Assembly (NCBI GenBank): GCA_964019335.1
Contig: OZ025704.1
Coordinates: 310,001 to 374,000 of the forward strand
Source of the DNA: Diplonema japonicum
Lineage: Eukaryota; Protista; Euglenozoa: Diplonemea
DNA length: 64,000 nt
Reading direction: 5' to 3'
The translations under genes were made by a program, and so were the position numbers. Positions 32,401-43,675 of this stretch are shown in pieces. The first letter of the stretch is position 1; the number at the start of each line of letters is the position of its first letter. The notes under the pieces were generated by a model, which saw only the letters and a program-made list of their open reading frames with translations, was not told the DNA's origin and ran no database searches.

Positions 32401-35400
32401 TCGAACCCCACCGTGCGGGGCAACACTTTCAACGACAACGCGATGCACGGCATCTTCATCCACAAGAACGGTCTTGGCATCATACAAGGTAACACCATCA
32501 CGGGAAACGGCAAATCCGGTGTTTACATCTGCTCTGGTGCCCGTCCCACACTCTCCGGCAACACCATCCAAGCCAACGCCTTCGGCATAAAACTCGAAAA
32601 GAACGGTTATGGATACATTACAGATAACACTATCCATGGGAATAAAGAAGCCGGAATCGAGCTTGAAGAGGGCGGTGATCCTTTCGTAGGCGAGAATGAC
32701 ATTTTCCATGAATTAGTTGGGATCGTGTCGAAGCACGCAGCAAGGGCGCAGATCCAGGGCAATAAGATTCGCGATTGTCATGTTGGTGTTGAAACCTCTG
32801 CCGAAGCGTGTCCCGATGTGCGGGAGAACACGTTCACAAAGAACCAGGTGGCGTGCAAGGTGTTTAAAAAGGGCGGCGGCACCTTCACAGCAAACAATTT
32901 TGTGGGGAACGTGGTGTCCATGGAGGTGCAGTCGGACGGTGCCCCCAGCGTGCTGCGAAATATATTTGACGGAACTAACGAGCAATGCATCGGGATCTCC
33001 ATTCAGGGCGCTGGGGACTACCGCACAAACACCTTCACAAGGCTCCAGCACGGCATCTATGCGTCATCCACCACCCCGACACCTGCTGTTGTGAACGATA
33101 ATAAATTCCGTGGGAATATAGTCGGCATCACAGTGACAACAGGGTGCACCATTAACATTGTCAACAACACCTTCACGAGCAACGAGGTCGCCGGCTTTGT
33201 CAGCAGAGACGATGGGAACCCCCTCTGCCACAGCAACACCTTCAACAAGGAAATGATCGCTTGCCTGGTCGAGCTCAGCAGGGGCGACTTCACACAAAAC
33301 CACTACGACGACAACGAGCAGGGCGCTGTTATCAAAGGCAAAGGCTGCACGCCATCCTTTAAAGGGTGCAGGTTCCTGAACAACGACCGAGGCTTTGTCG
33401 CCGAAGATCACTCGTCGCCGGCGGTAGAGCTGTGCTACTTCGACAGCAACGAGCGGTGTGGTGTGTCCATCGTGTCGTACGCACTTCCGCAGGTCACAAG
33501 GTGTTTTTTCTGCAACCACACGGGGGCTGCCGTGGAGGTGTCACAAGGCGCAGGCGGCGAGCTTGTCGAAAATGTGATGCTCCGCAACGACGTGGGGCTG
33601 AGCATCTTGTCGCACGCCACTACAAGGGCATACAGGAACCACTTCGTACAGTCAGCAACAGCGGCTGTCAGCAGCACGCACTATGGAAAAGGTAGTGTCG
33701 ATGAAAACATGTTCGAGGACAATGGGACAGACGTCGAGGTGGGTGTATCAGAGACCGTTTTCACGGGGAACTATCTCCCTTCGCAGCGCGCTGTGACTGC
33801 GAAAGACAGCACGCGTGCCATGTTCATCTCCAACGTCATCACCGGGAAGGTGGTGATCAACAGCAATGCGGACCCCATCTTTAAGGACAACATCTTCACG
33901 AACTTAGGTGTGCTGGTTGAGGTTGACGGGCTCGGCTGCTTCGACGGAAACACGTTCTTCAAGCCAACGGACAAGCTCGAAGCGATCCTGGAGCTGAGGG
34001 GCGGAAGGCCGCGTGCTGTCCACAACACGTTCATGCAATGCGCCAGAGCTGTGCTGACAATGGCGGGGGGACAAGGCCATTTCAGCAAAAACACGTTCAT
34101 AGGGGGAAAGGTTGGCATTGAGGTGCGCGAGGGAGGCGACCCTTATGTTGGTGCGGGAAACGTTCTCGAAGGCCAAGAACGTGGTGTCGTGGTGACGGGG
34201 CAGGGCGCCAAGGGCAACTTCGAGCGCTGTGAGATAAGCGCGGCGACCATATGCGGTGTACTTGTCGAGAAGGACGCAACCCCGACATTCCTGGCGGCTG
34301 ATGTGTTTGACTGCAAAACTGGGATCCACATTAGCAAGAGGGCAAAAGGCCTGTACAAGGACTGCAATGTCTTCGACAACTGCCTCAACGGGGTCCATGT
34401 GGATGCTGAATGTGCACCACACTTGGTCCACTGCAAGCTCTCCTCGGCACTGGAGATAGGCGCCCTGCACAGGGACATGGGTGCCAACGGGACTTACGAC
34501 AACAACAAGGTGAAACATCTCTTCTCCCCGGTCATGCAGAAGCGGGCATGCCCACGTGACCGCTGGGACACACGCAAGAACAACACGCCATTAATCAAGA
34601 AGGAAATTGCAAGCTTCGACAAGAGAATAGCGAATCTCATCTCTTGCGCGGGGGAGTGGTGCAAGGTGTTGGCGTATCTGTTTGTCAAGTGGGGCATACC
34701 GAAGGTGGTTTCTGGAACGCCACAGACCCCCCACACCCCCCTGTCCGTGAACTTAGCCGCGAGACCCAGCTTCAAGCTCCCCTCGTCTGATACTAAAAAG
34801 AAAAGTGTTAATCTCATGGAGCGCAACCCGCCGACCCAACGTGCCGCCTCAGTGCCCCGCAGACGGAGCATGCCCAACATGCGCCGAGGAAGCAGCTCAG
34901 ATCTCAAAAAGCCTGCAGATAGTAAACCGGAGTTGAAGAAGTCAAACAGTCTGATGGTTCCTCATGCACCTGAAGGCACTCCTATTACCAAGAGCCTGAC
35001 AAGGCGGGAGAGTTTCGCAAAGCGAGGCACCAGAACGCGAAGCGAAAGCCTCCGAAGGAGGTCGTCGCTTGCTAAATTGTCGAAACGAAACTCAGGGATC
35101 ACGCGGTCCACGTCTATTTCAAAGCCTTCTATTAGTAGATCTGGCTCGCTGACTAGGTCCTCTTCCATCACAAGGGCATCTTCAATAACAAGGACGAACT
35201 CCGGAATGCGGAGGTCTCAGACTTTTACTAAAAAGAGGAAAAGCAAGCCAGCACCTGTTCTGTATCCTGGGGCAGAGGCACTCGCCTCACTTGGGGAGCC
35301 GACCTTCTCTGTTAACACTTTGCTGTCCCCGAAGAACATGCTTGAGTCTCCGGACAAAGGAATGGACATACTGCCACGCAGGTCCTCTGGCCACTTGCAC

Positions 35401-38219
35401 AGGAAGCTCACGATGTACGCTGACCTCATGACGCCACCTTCGGAATATGTAGGGGCAAAGAAGAAGCAAAAGAAAGAGGTACAGCAGCAACCGCCGTTTG
35501 AGTGGGGCAAGTCGGAGAACATCTTAGAAACATGCTTCAGCCCAACGCAGAGCGCAACGAGAAATTACCATGCAGAAAGACCAAGGTATGGAGAAAAGCA
35601 CACGCTTGTATTTATTCCAACAGACCGAAAACTGCGGTGAAAAAAGTTGTTCCCGCGAGGTTGGATTTGCGGCAGCTGGAAGACGGCCTCTCACCTCCGA
35701 GAACGCCGCAGTCAGGTTCGATGTTGCCTGTTATTGTTTCCCCAACTCAACTACAAGGACAGAGGCAAGGACAGACTCCGCAAGGCATTCTTATGTCGGC
35801 CATGACTTCCCCCTACGAGCTACCCTTCCAGACACCTGAGATGCGAGCGCCTGCGAACACACCTATCATGAGCAACATCAAACTGCCTATTGCCAATTAC
35901 TCAACGCAGCAGGCACCTGAACAGTCGGAAGATGGGTCAGCTGGGGACGAGAAGTTGGAATATCACGACCAGAAAGAGTACGACCAGCACATGATGTGCA
36001 TGCACGAAGACACACCGTCTGTGGGGGGCATGAGTGACTTCGAAGATCAACTCAACGACTTCACATTCGGAGAAAACGTTCCCAGAAAGGCTAAGTTGAC
36101 GCAACGCTGTGTCTCTCCACCTACTGCACCCTCCGACAGGGCTGACGCTCATAAACAAGTCCCTGTTCCTGTCAAAGCCAGCTTGGCAAATGGTAAGAAG
36201 TTTGTTCACGAAACTGAAGAGCAGACGTTGCAACAAGAAGAGGTGCGAATCGAGATTAATTATGAGCCCGAAGCTCAAATCGAGGATGAACTGCCTAAAG
36301 TGGAAAAAGAGCAACCGTGCGGCGTTCCTGAGCCACAGCCAGGTGTACCAGAACAGCCGTCACAACAGAAGATGCACAGTGTGCCCTCGCTGGAGGAGCA
36401 TTCCCAAGGCAGAACTCAACAGGAACACGAAGCACATGAGGTAAGTGAGGCACTGCCTAAGCAAAGTTCTTCCCCAAGGCGAGACTCCGAACCCAAAAAG
36501 CCGCTAACACAGTTGCCCTTGGAGCCGATCCAACACAAACGACAGAATCAGAATCCCAAACCGCAGAACACTCCCTTACAAGCTCAGCCTGAACAGCAGA
36601 TGAACCAGCCACAACAGAAACAGAGTGATTCTAAACAAAAGCATGTAGTGAGGAAACAGCCACAGGTGGAGGACCAGAAGGAGCAGTTTCCACAACAAGA
36701 GCAACTGCAGAAGGCTCCTGAACAGCTATCCGAACATCCTCCACAGACGCCACAGAAAGAGCAGAAACGGACACCTCCCAAGCATTCACAGGATCGTTCA
36801 CCTCGACACAGGCTGCGTTCGTCAGAAGAAAAGGCAAACCCCATAGCACAACAGCAGATTGTGAATCCAACTCAGGGCATACTAATGGACGAGAGACAGG
36901 TCGCGATGGGTGGAGCAGTGGAAGGTGTCGCTTCCGTGTCGCATGAGGTATCCGAAATCGAGTTGCGGGAATACGTTCCAGAAACGGAAGCAGGATTCCC
37001 AGCTACTACACCGCGAGAGATCACCTTAGGCAACGGGGTTGTCGCTGCCCCCGCGACCCCTTGTGGTCATGGCACGTTCGAGGTGCCCGAAGATGAGCTG
37101 TTCATTGTCTCGCCTGCTACAACGCAGAACGTGATGTCGCCACCGCCTGCGGCCATGTCGCAGACCCCCATCGTGTCACCTGAGAGCGACATGGATAGGG
37201 GGCTTGTTCCCACACCACTGCAGCTGCTGATGCACCAGCAGGGGGGACAGCCGGATGCGCTTCCAACTGCAATTACAGAGGCTGAGGGCAGAACACCTGT
37301 GTTTGAAGAGGAGGCACAACCACAACCACAACCACAACCACAACCTGCCAGGCAAATGTCGTTCAAGTCGCCGGAGGTGACACCAGCGACACCGGAGATG
37401 CCCGCAGAAGAGCCTGTGCCACAGCATGCAAAGGCGCTTGTGGATGTCCAGGAGTATGAAGGGGACGATACTATCGGGACGGTGTCGATCTCGCCGCTGA
37501 CGACACCCAACGTGGCACTGCTGCCGGGGGGGCTGAGGCTGGGGTCCCGGCGGAGCCTTTTGAGCGCGCAGTCTGTGCCGTTCACAGTGTCGGAGGCTAC
37601 GGCCTCGTTCCAAGGCTCGCCTTGTATGGACGTGAGTGACGACATGGAGCCACTGTCAGGGTTCCACATCGAACAGGTGGCAGAGGAGGGCGACATGTCC
37701 GACTGTGAGTGGTTGGATGATGAGGATAAGGTGACGAAACGTGTAGAAAAACAACACACACCCCCATCACCTCCAACAGCCGTTGTAGTGAGACCCAATG
37801 AGGGTGACACCCCGTGGATGGAACATTTGAACACCTTAGTGTCGCTGAAAAAACATAGTGGTGAGGATGACGCGGAGTGCTTGCTGCCAAGGCTGGGCCC
37901 ACCGGGGAGCCACCCTCATAGGAAAGCTGCTTCCAACCACCCTCTCGGCAGTAATAGCCACAACAAGATAAAGAGAAAGAGCTACAGCGAGACGCTTCCT
38001 ATAGACCCAGCATCCGTTCCTGCGCCTTCGGGGTTTCTCTCGAGGGAATGGGGCACTATGCCGGCGATTTCTTCCAGCCCTGATCCTGTCTTCCCGCCGC
38101 CCATTGCTCAGCCGAAGCCTATGCATCTTACTTTCACCCCACGTGTGCCGGGGCAATCCCGGCCTTGGTCGACTGCTACAACAATTTCCACTAGACGGCC
38201 ATACAGCGCGAAACACTGA
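29416..38219 (+). CDS. ~2921-aa right-handed parallel beta-helix (PbH1/CASH-type) repeat protein with a long disordered tail; exons 29416-35585 and 35624-38219
   Basis: About 1690 aa of alternating 'G(I/V).(V/I)....P....N.I' and 'G.G....N.I' repeats. Intron 35586-35623 (38 nt, GTATGG..CAACAG) joins the 2079-aa and 905-aa ORFs in frame. The tail is S/R-, Q/P- and E-rich. Confidence 0.85.
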
Positions 38220-38956
38220 ACTGTTGATTTAGTTTTGGTACGTTTTTTTTTGCAAGAACGAGTCTTTGACTTGTCTAAACAAAAGGGGAACGTTGGCAAC
38301 GTGTTTCGGGTTGACAAACTTCTCCAGGTTCTACCCGGCACGTACAAACAACGGCCAGTTCCTCTTTTTTTTTTTTCCAACTCTTGCTTTGCCATAAGCA
38401 TTGAGAAAAGGTCATGCGAAGTGAAGAAAGAAAAATGAAAATGAAAAAAAAAAGAAAACTGAAAAAAAGAAGAGAAAAGAAAATAAAGGTGGTACACAAA
38501 CAGTATATAGCAAGTCTTTTCTCTGGGGGGGGGAGGGAGACAAGAAAAGGAAAGGGGGGGGGAAAAAAGGGGTGTGCCTTGTCTATCCCCTCAAATTACT
38601 TCCCTTTCCAGCGGCTCTTTTTTTTTTTTCCCTTTCTTTCTGCAATCAATGTTATTCCCATCTCCCCATTTCCCATTGTGTCTATTTTTTTATACCCCCC
38701 ACATCCTTCGATTCTAGTACAGTACAATTTCCCTGCTTTTTTTTTTTTTTTTTTTTTTGAAAAGCCTCCATGAGTGACCAGAATATTGTTCTTCTTCTTC
38801 TCCTTTCTTCAAAAAAGGAGATGGTTTTCTTTTTTTTTTTCTTCTTCTTCTTCTTCTTAGTGTTTCTTTTCTATACATATTTATGTGCCTCTTTAAAAAA
38901 AGAAAAAAAAGAAAACCCAAAGGTACAACAAAAGGAGGGGGAGGGGAAAAAGGAAA

Positions 38957-41369
38957 ATGGCAACGAATTCACCACGTGACAAGGTGAAAGGGTTATTCAA
39001 TTTATACCAAGACGAAAAGAAAGCAGAGGCGAAGACGAAGGGCACCCTTCGACAGCTACAGGACAACTCAGACGAAGTTCTGAGATCGAAGCTGAGGGTG
39101 ATCGAAAAAATGCTGGACATAAAGGTGAAGGACGAGCTCGCAGTGCTTCGCCGTACCACAAACATCGCCGTAGTCGAAGCAGACAACGGGTTGGTCAAGA
39201 AGAAAGCACAGGACAGAATAATGAGAGAAGTAGATGCACTGGTTCCATCGGCACGGGATAAATATCCGGACGCGTTTGTGTCGCACTTTGAATCAATGGC
39301 TTCTGCTGATGAAGCAGATGTACGGCTTGGCATAGCTCACGCCGTGAGCGACCAGCTGGACAACGAATTATCGGTCTTAAAACAACGCCGCACCGCCGCA
39401 CAGCACGAACCAAACAAAATCGAGGCTGTAGAACGTGAAACGGAAGACGTTATTCTTCAAGGCGAACGACAGCTTCTTCAAGGCCGTACCGATCAACGCC
39501 ACCAGGAGCACCGTGAGAGAATCGCCCGTGTGAAGCGGTCTGAGCAACGTCTCCTGAAACCCAACGAGGTTCACTCCGGATCCCTTTCGGAGCTCATGGA
39601 ATGCCTCCCCGTCAGCTACAACACAAACATCGGCAGGCTCGAAGCAGAAATCAACGATCTCCGCAATCTCATCTATCAACAGCGGTCCGAAGAAGAGAAG
39701 CTCCTCCTTGAACGGTCCACAAAGATCAACACCATCGAGAACGAGCAGGGCGAGCTGCAGGACAGCGTAGCCAACCTCACCAACCTCCTCACAGAAATGC
39801 AACGGGAGCTCGAAATAAAATCCGAAGACACCATCGAAATGAGAGAAGCGCAGGTCCCACGTATCGGGAAGTGGGCCGTAGAGATCAAAGGTCTTGAGGA
39901 ATCCGTAGACTACGGCACCGAGGAGGAAACAAAACTCAAAAGAGACTTCGAAGGCGTTGCTGCTGCTGTTGACTCCGTCGACGCCGACAAACGTCTTCTG
40001 GAAGAGAAGTTCAACCAGGAATTCGAAGAGCTGTCCAACCTTCAGGAACAATACAGAACACTCGTGGACCAGATCGAAGAACAGCTGACCACTTCGAAGG
40101 ACAAGGTTCAGAGGATACGACAAGAGATCCTTCAAGACACACGCAGCATAAACGACTTACGGTGGAAAGAAGGCCGCGGCGGGGAAGATATGCGCGACAC
40201 CAAAAGAGCACTCGCAGAACGTCTCAACCAGTCCATCAGCCAGCTCGCCATCGAGGAAAGGCTCCAGTCCATCCTGCAGGCAAAGATCATCCTCGTTGAA
40301 CAAGGCTCCGACAACCTGAAGCAGACATGGAACGCACAGATATCCGATCGTATGTGAAACAAAAAAAAAGAAAAATAACAATATAAAAAAACAGAGGTGC
40401 GCGAAACGGAGAATATAAAGAAGCTGATCGACCAGAAGTGGAAGACAGTGCATAGCTTGACCGATGAACTTGCAGACCTCAAGACAGGCATGCAAGCGGG
40501 TGTGTCTGCTAGCAGTGCGCCTTACTCTGCATCGCAGTACAAGGAAATGATCGACGAACGGTTGAGGCAGTGGGCAGCTATTGTATTCGATACAAGCAAA
40601 CAAGTGAGCGACACGAAGGCGAGGATCCTTGTGAATGAGGAGGAGAACGAGATGCTGCTGGACGACATGGGGCACATCGTGGTGACAGGGCGCCTTCTTG
40701 AGAAGGAAGGCCTCGATATTGAAAACAGCACGAACGCAGAACTGGCTGCCACTGCCAACCGCATGTACGACGACCTCGCATCAGCTAGCTACAGGGAATC
40801 AAAGCTGAACCAGCTGATACGCATCTTCAAGGACATTGAGGACCGCCGTGCAAGAGGTGAACCAGTGCCGAAGCTCACAGGCAAACGCTTCCTTACCAGA
40901 GCGGAGAGGCGGAGCAAGCGTAATGTGAAGGAGAACAGCTGGCTTGCGAAGGAGATCGCCAAACAAAACATAAGTTTGCAAGCCGCGTTCCCTGCTGGTG
41001 ATGAGGTATGCACATTAACCATTTCACTATGAACTACCACAGCGCCCTCTTCAGCAAGTATCGCCCAACAGGCAAGGCACAGAGCAGCCGTCGTCCACAA
41101 TCGAGCAGGAACATAAGCTTCGTGTCATCAATTTCATCAAGTCGGAGATCCAACCCCTCTACGACACGGAGCAGATCACCAAGAAGAGGTTCATCGACAT
41201 TGTGGCGAGGGCCTCCACCGCCTTCCTTGAGACTCACCCCGCCACGCCTTCTCTTACAGCTGAAAACCAACAATGGCTTGCACGCAAGATCCAAGAGGTC
41301 ATCACACTGCAGGACGAGGCGAGGTCGAGACGCCGCGCAGACAACTCCCTACTCAGGTCGGGGAGGTAG
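38957..41369 (+). CDS. ~776-aa coiled-coil protein with a C-terminal SRI-like helical domain; exons 38957-40349, 40395-41005, 41043-41369
   Basis: E/K/L/Q-rich heptads. Introns 40350-40394 (45 nt) and 41006-41042 (37 nt), both GTATG..ACAG, give a continuous 2331-nt frame. The last exon is absent from the ORF track and reads RVINFIKSEIQPLYDTEQITKKRFIDIVARAS...WLARKIQEVI. Confidence 0.82.
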
Positions 41370-41488
41370 AAAACAAAGAATAGAGCTTATCGATATACTC
41401 CCATCCCCTATAGATTGTTGTGATACTTTCCCCCCACTTACTCTTTTAAATCACACTTTCTTGATCGTTAGCACTATAAAAAGGGAAT

Positions 41489-42352
41489 ATGAGTGATATG
41501 CCTGAGTTGGGCAGGTCGCTGCTGTCAGCGGAAAGCTCCATATCCGATTCGCCACAGAGGGCGAACGGGAATATGGTGCCTGTGGGAAACGTGGTAGCGG
41601 CGTTGAAGCTAAAACTGAAACAAAAAGATCAGGTGATCCAAGAGCTACTGTCTATGACAGAGGTGGTAAGCAGCGATTATGACAGGCTGCAAGAGAAGTA
41701 CAACGGGAAGACAGCGGAGCAACGGCACCAAGAAGAGGTGAACAGCTTGAAAACAAAACTGCGCGACGAACGGAACTACAGCAGCATGCTGGAAAGGAAA
41801 CTAAACGAAGCAGAGTGCACGGTTCGAAGAGCGGAGTGGGCGCTAGAGATGTGGGACAGACACCGCAGGGAGAAGGACACGCAGGACAAAAACTTTAAGA
41901 CAGGTGCCGAGGAAACCGAGAGGAAGCTGAAAAAACACACCGAATTGCTTAAGATAACACAGGAGAAATACCTGGCGGAAGGGAGAGAGCTATTGAGCTG
42001 CCGGATCAAGGTAAAGGCCCTCGAAGAAGAGCTGCAATTGTCCACTCGGTTGGGAACAACCTTGGACGCGTCATCTACATCAGATATGGCTTACGTTGAA
42101 CTGGCTGCCTCCAAGCAAAAGATTGATCAACTGGAATCGGAGCTGGAGGGCTTGCGGAATGTGCAGTCGAGCAGCGATAGCGAGCTTGTAAATGCTGAGA
42201 AGAAAATTAACCTGCTTGAGAAACAGCTCAGGCACCAAGCCCGTGGGAGGCAGTCTACCTCCTCTGTCGAGCGTGTACCATCTATCAACCACTATCCTGA
42301 GTCCGACTCTCCATCTGCCCATTCTCCCACAAGTGACGGTGGGCAGGTATGA
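41489..42352 (+). CDS. ~287-aa coiled-coil protein; possible extra last exon 42400-42462 via intron 42347-42399
   Basis: Heptad-rich ORF. CAG|GTATGA at 42347 followed by an A-rich tract ending in AG at 42399 would add TSDANLPLRSTSGSRRAVSL*. Confidence 0.78.
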   Translation: MSDMPELGRSLLSAESSISDSPQRANGNMVPVGNVVAALKLKLKQKDQVIQELLSMTEVVSSDYDRLQEKYNGKTAEQRHQEEVNSLKTKLRDERNYSSMLERKLNEAECTVRRAEWALEMWDRHRREKDTQDKNFKTGAEETERKLKKHTELLKITQEKYLAEGRELLSCRIKVKALEEELQLSTRLGTTLDASSTSDMAYVELAASKQKIDQLESELEGLRNVQSSSDSELVNAEKKINLLEKQLRHQARGRQSTSSVERVPSINHYPESDSPSAHSPTSDGGQV

Positions 42353-42789
42353 TTTTTGAGTGGGGAAATAAATAAAATAAAATAAAATAAAATAAAAAGA
42401 CATCCGATGCAAACCTTCCTCTCCGCTCTACCTCCGGCTCCAGGCGAGCAGTCAGTCTGTAAGGAGATGATTGGGTTTTCTCTTTGAGTTTTTCTTTTTA
42501 TTGTACAATTCCCCTTTCAATAGGGGCTCAAGAAGGGGGGGGGGGGGGGGGGGGTTTGATTGTTTACTTTTTTGGTTTTTCTTTTATCCCCCCCCCCCCA
42601 ACACGCACACACCCTTTTCTCCCACTTTTTTCCCCTTAACTGTGTTTTTTTTCATACATTTTTTTTTTTGCCTCCATTCTGGGGCCCCTGTGCTGGTGCA
42701 AGAAAAAAGAAAAAGATGAGATAAGAGGTTCCTGTCCTGTAACGTCTACTTATCTACCCCTTTCCCCCCTTCTGGGGCCTCGGCCTTTT

Positions 42790-43530
42790 CTTTCTTTTCG
42801 TGTTTGCCTTTTTTCAAGTGTCTTCCCTTTCTTGCCACTCCTACGCAGTTTTTTAAAGTCCTTCTTGGTATTCTCTGGTGCAAAAAATTGGCCTGTCCCA
42901 CCCAGACTCTTCACCTATGGTCCTGAGCGCGTGGCTCTCCGCTGGAGGATTCGCTTGCCTCTGACCTTCTTCTGAATGCGTTCCAGGATGTCGTGGAAAC
43001 TTCATATGATGTCCTCCCATGTCTTCATCACATCACTGCATTCCCATAGTGCGTGTTGTTCTCGTCCTCCTGCACACACGCCGCATGTGACCTCGTCTGT
43101 TGTCGTGTCTCGTCTTTTTTCTCATCCAAGCTGTCTTCGCTTCGCTCTGTTCGTCCTCTGGGTACTCGTCGTAAGACGCTGTCTTGGTGCCATGCCTACG
43201 GGTGGATATAAAAGACCTTTCTACCTCGATCCTCTAGAGGTCTCGCTGCCATCGCTCCTCGTGGTCTGAGTCAGATATCAGTTCTTGCCACAGTCGTTCG
43301 TGTGTGGCATCGAGCGACTTCTGTCTGTATTGCTTCGCGTAGCTTCCAGCTGATTTTGGGAACCACCGCTTCATCGCATTGCCTATCGGGCCTAAAGGTG
43401 TCGTTCTTGTCGGGCCTCGTGTCCTTGGCCAGGTTTTTGGCGCCGTCCAATTTTTGTCTTGTTCTGTACCTTGGTCCCCACGCGCGCGATCGGTGTGTAT
43501 CCCTCTGACGGCAATGCGAGAGCAACATCA
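42790..43530 (-). pseudogene. Probable degenerate 3' fragment of a non-LTR retrotransposon (LINE) ORF2
   Basis: GC-balanced, coding-like island on the minus strand broken by stops. 43085-43017 translates to CGVCAGGREQHALWECSDVMKTW, resembling the CxxC..H....C.....W knuckle downstream of LINE reverse transcriptases. Boundaries are approximate and no RT motif was seen. Confidence 0.45.
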
Positions 43531-43675
43531 GAACGAACAAAAGAAAAGAGATACGCGAGGGGAGGGGACTGAAATAAATATCGAATGTTTTTTTTTTTCT
43601 TTCTTTTTCACTTTTTTACATCCACGACACACTGAAAGAAAAAGCACTAAGCACAAAAAAAAGAAAAAAAGAAGC

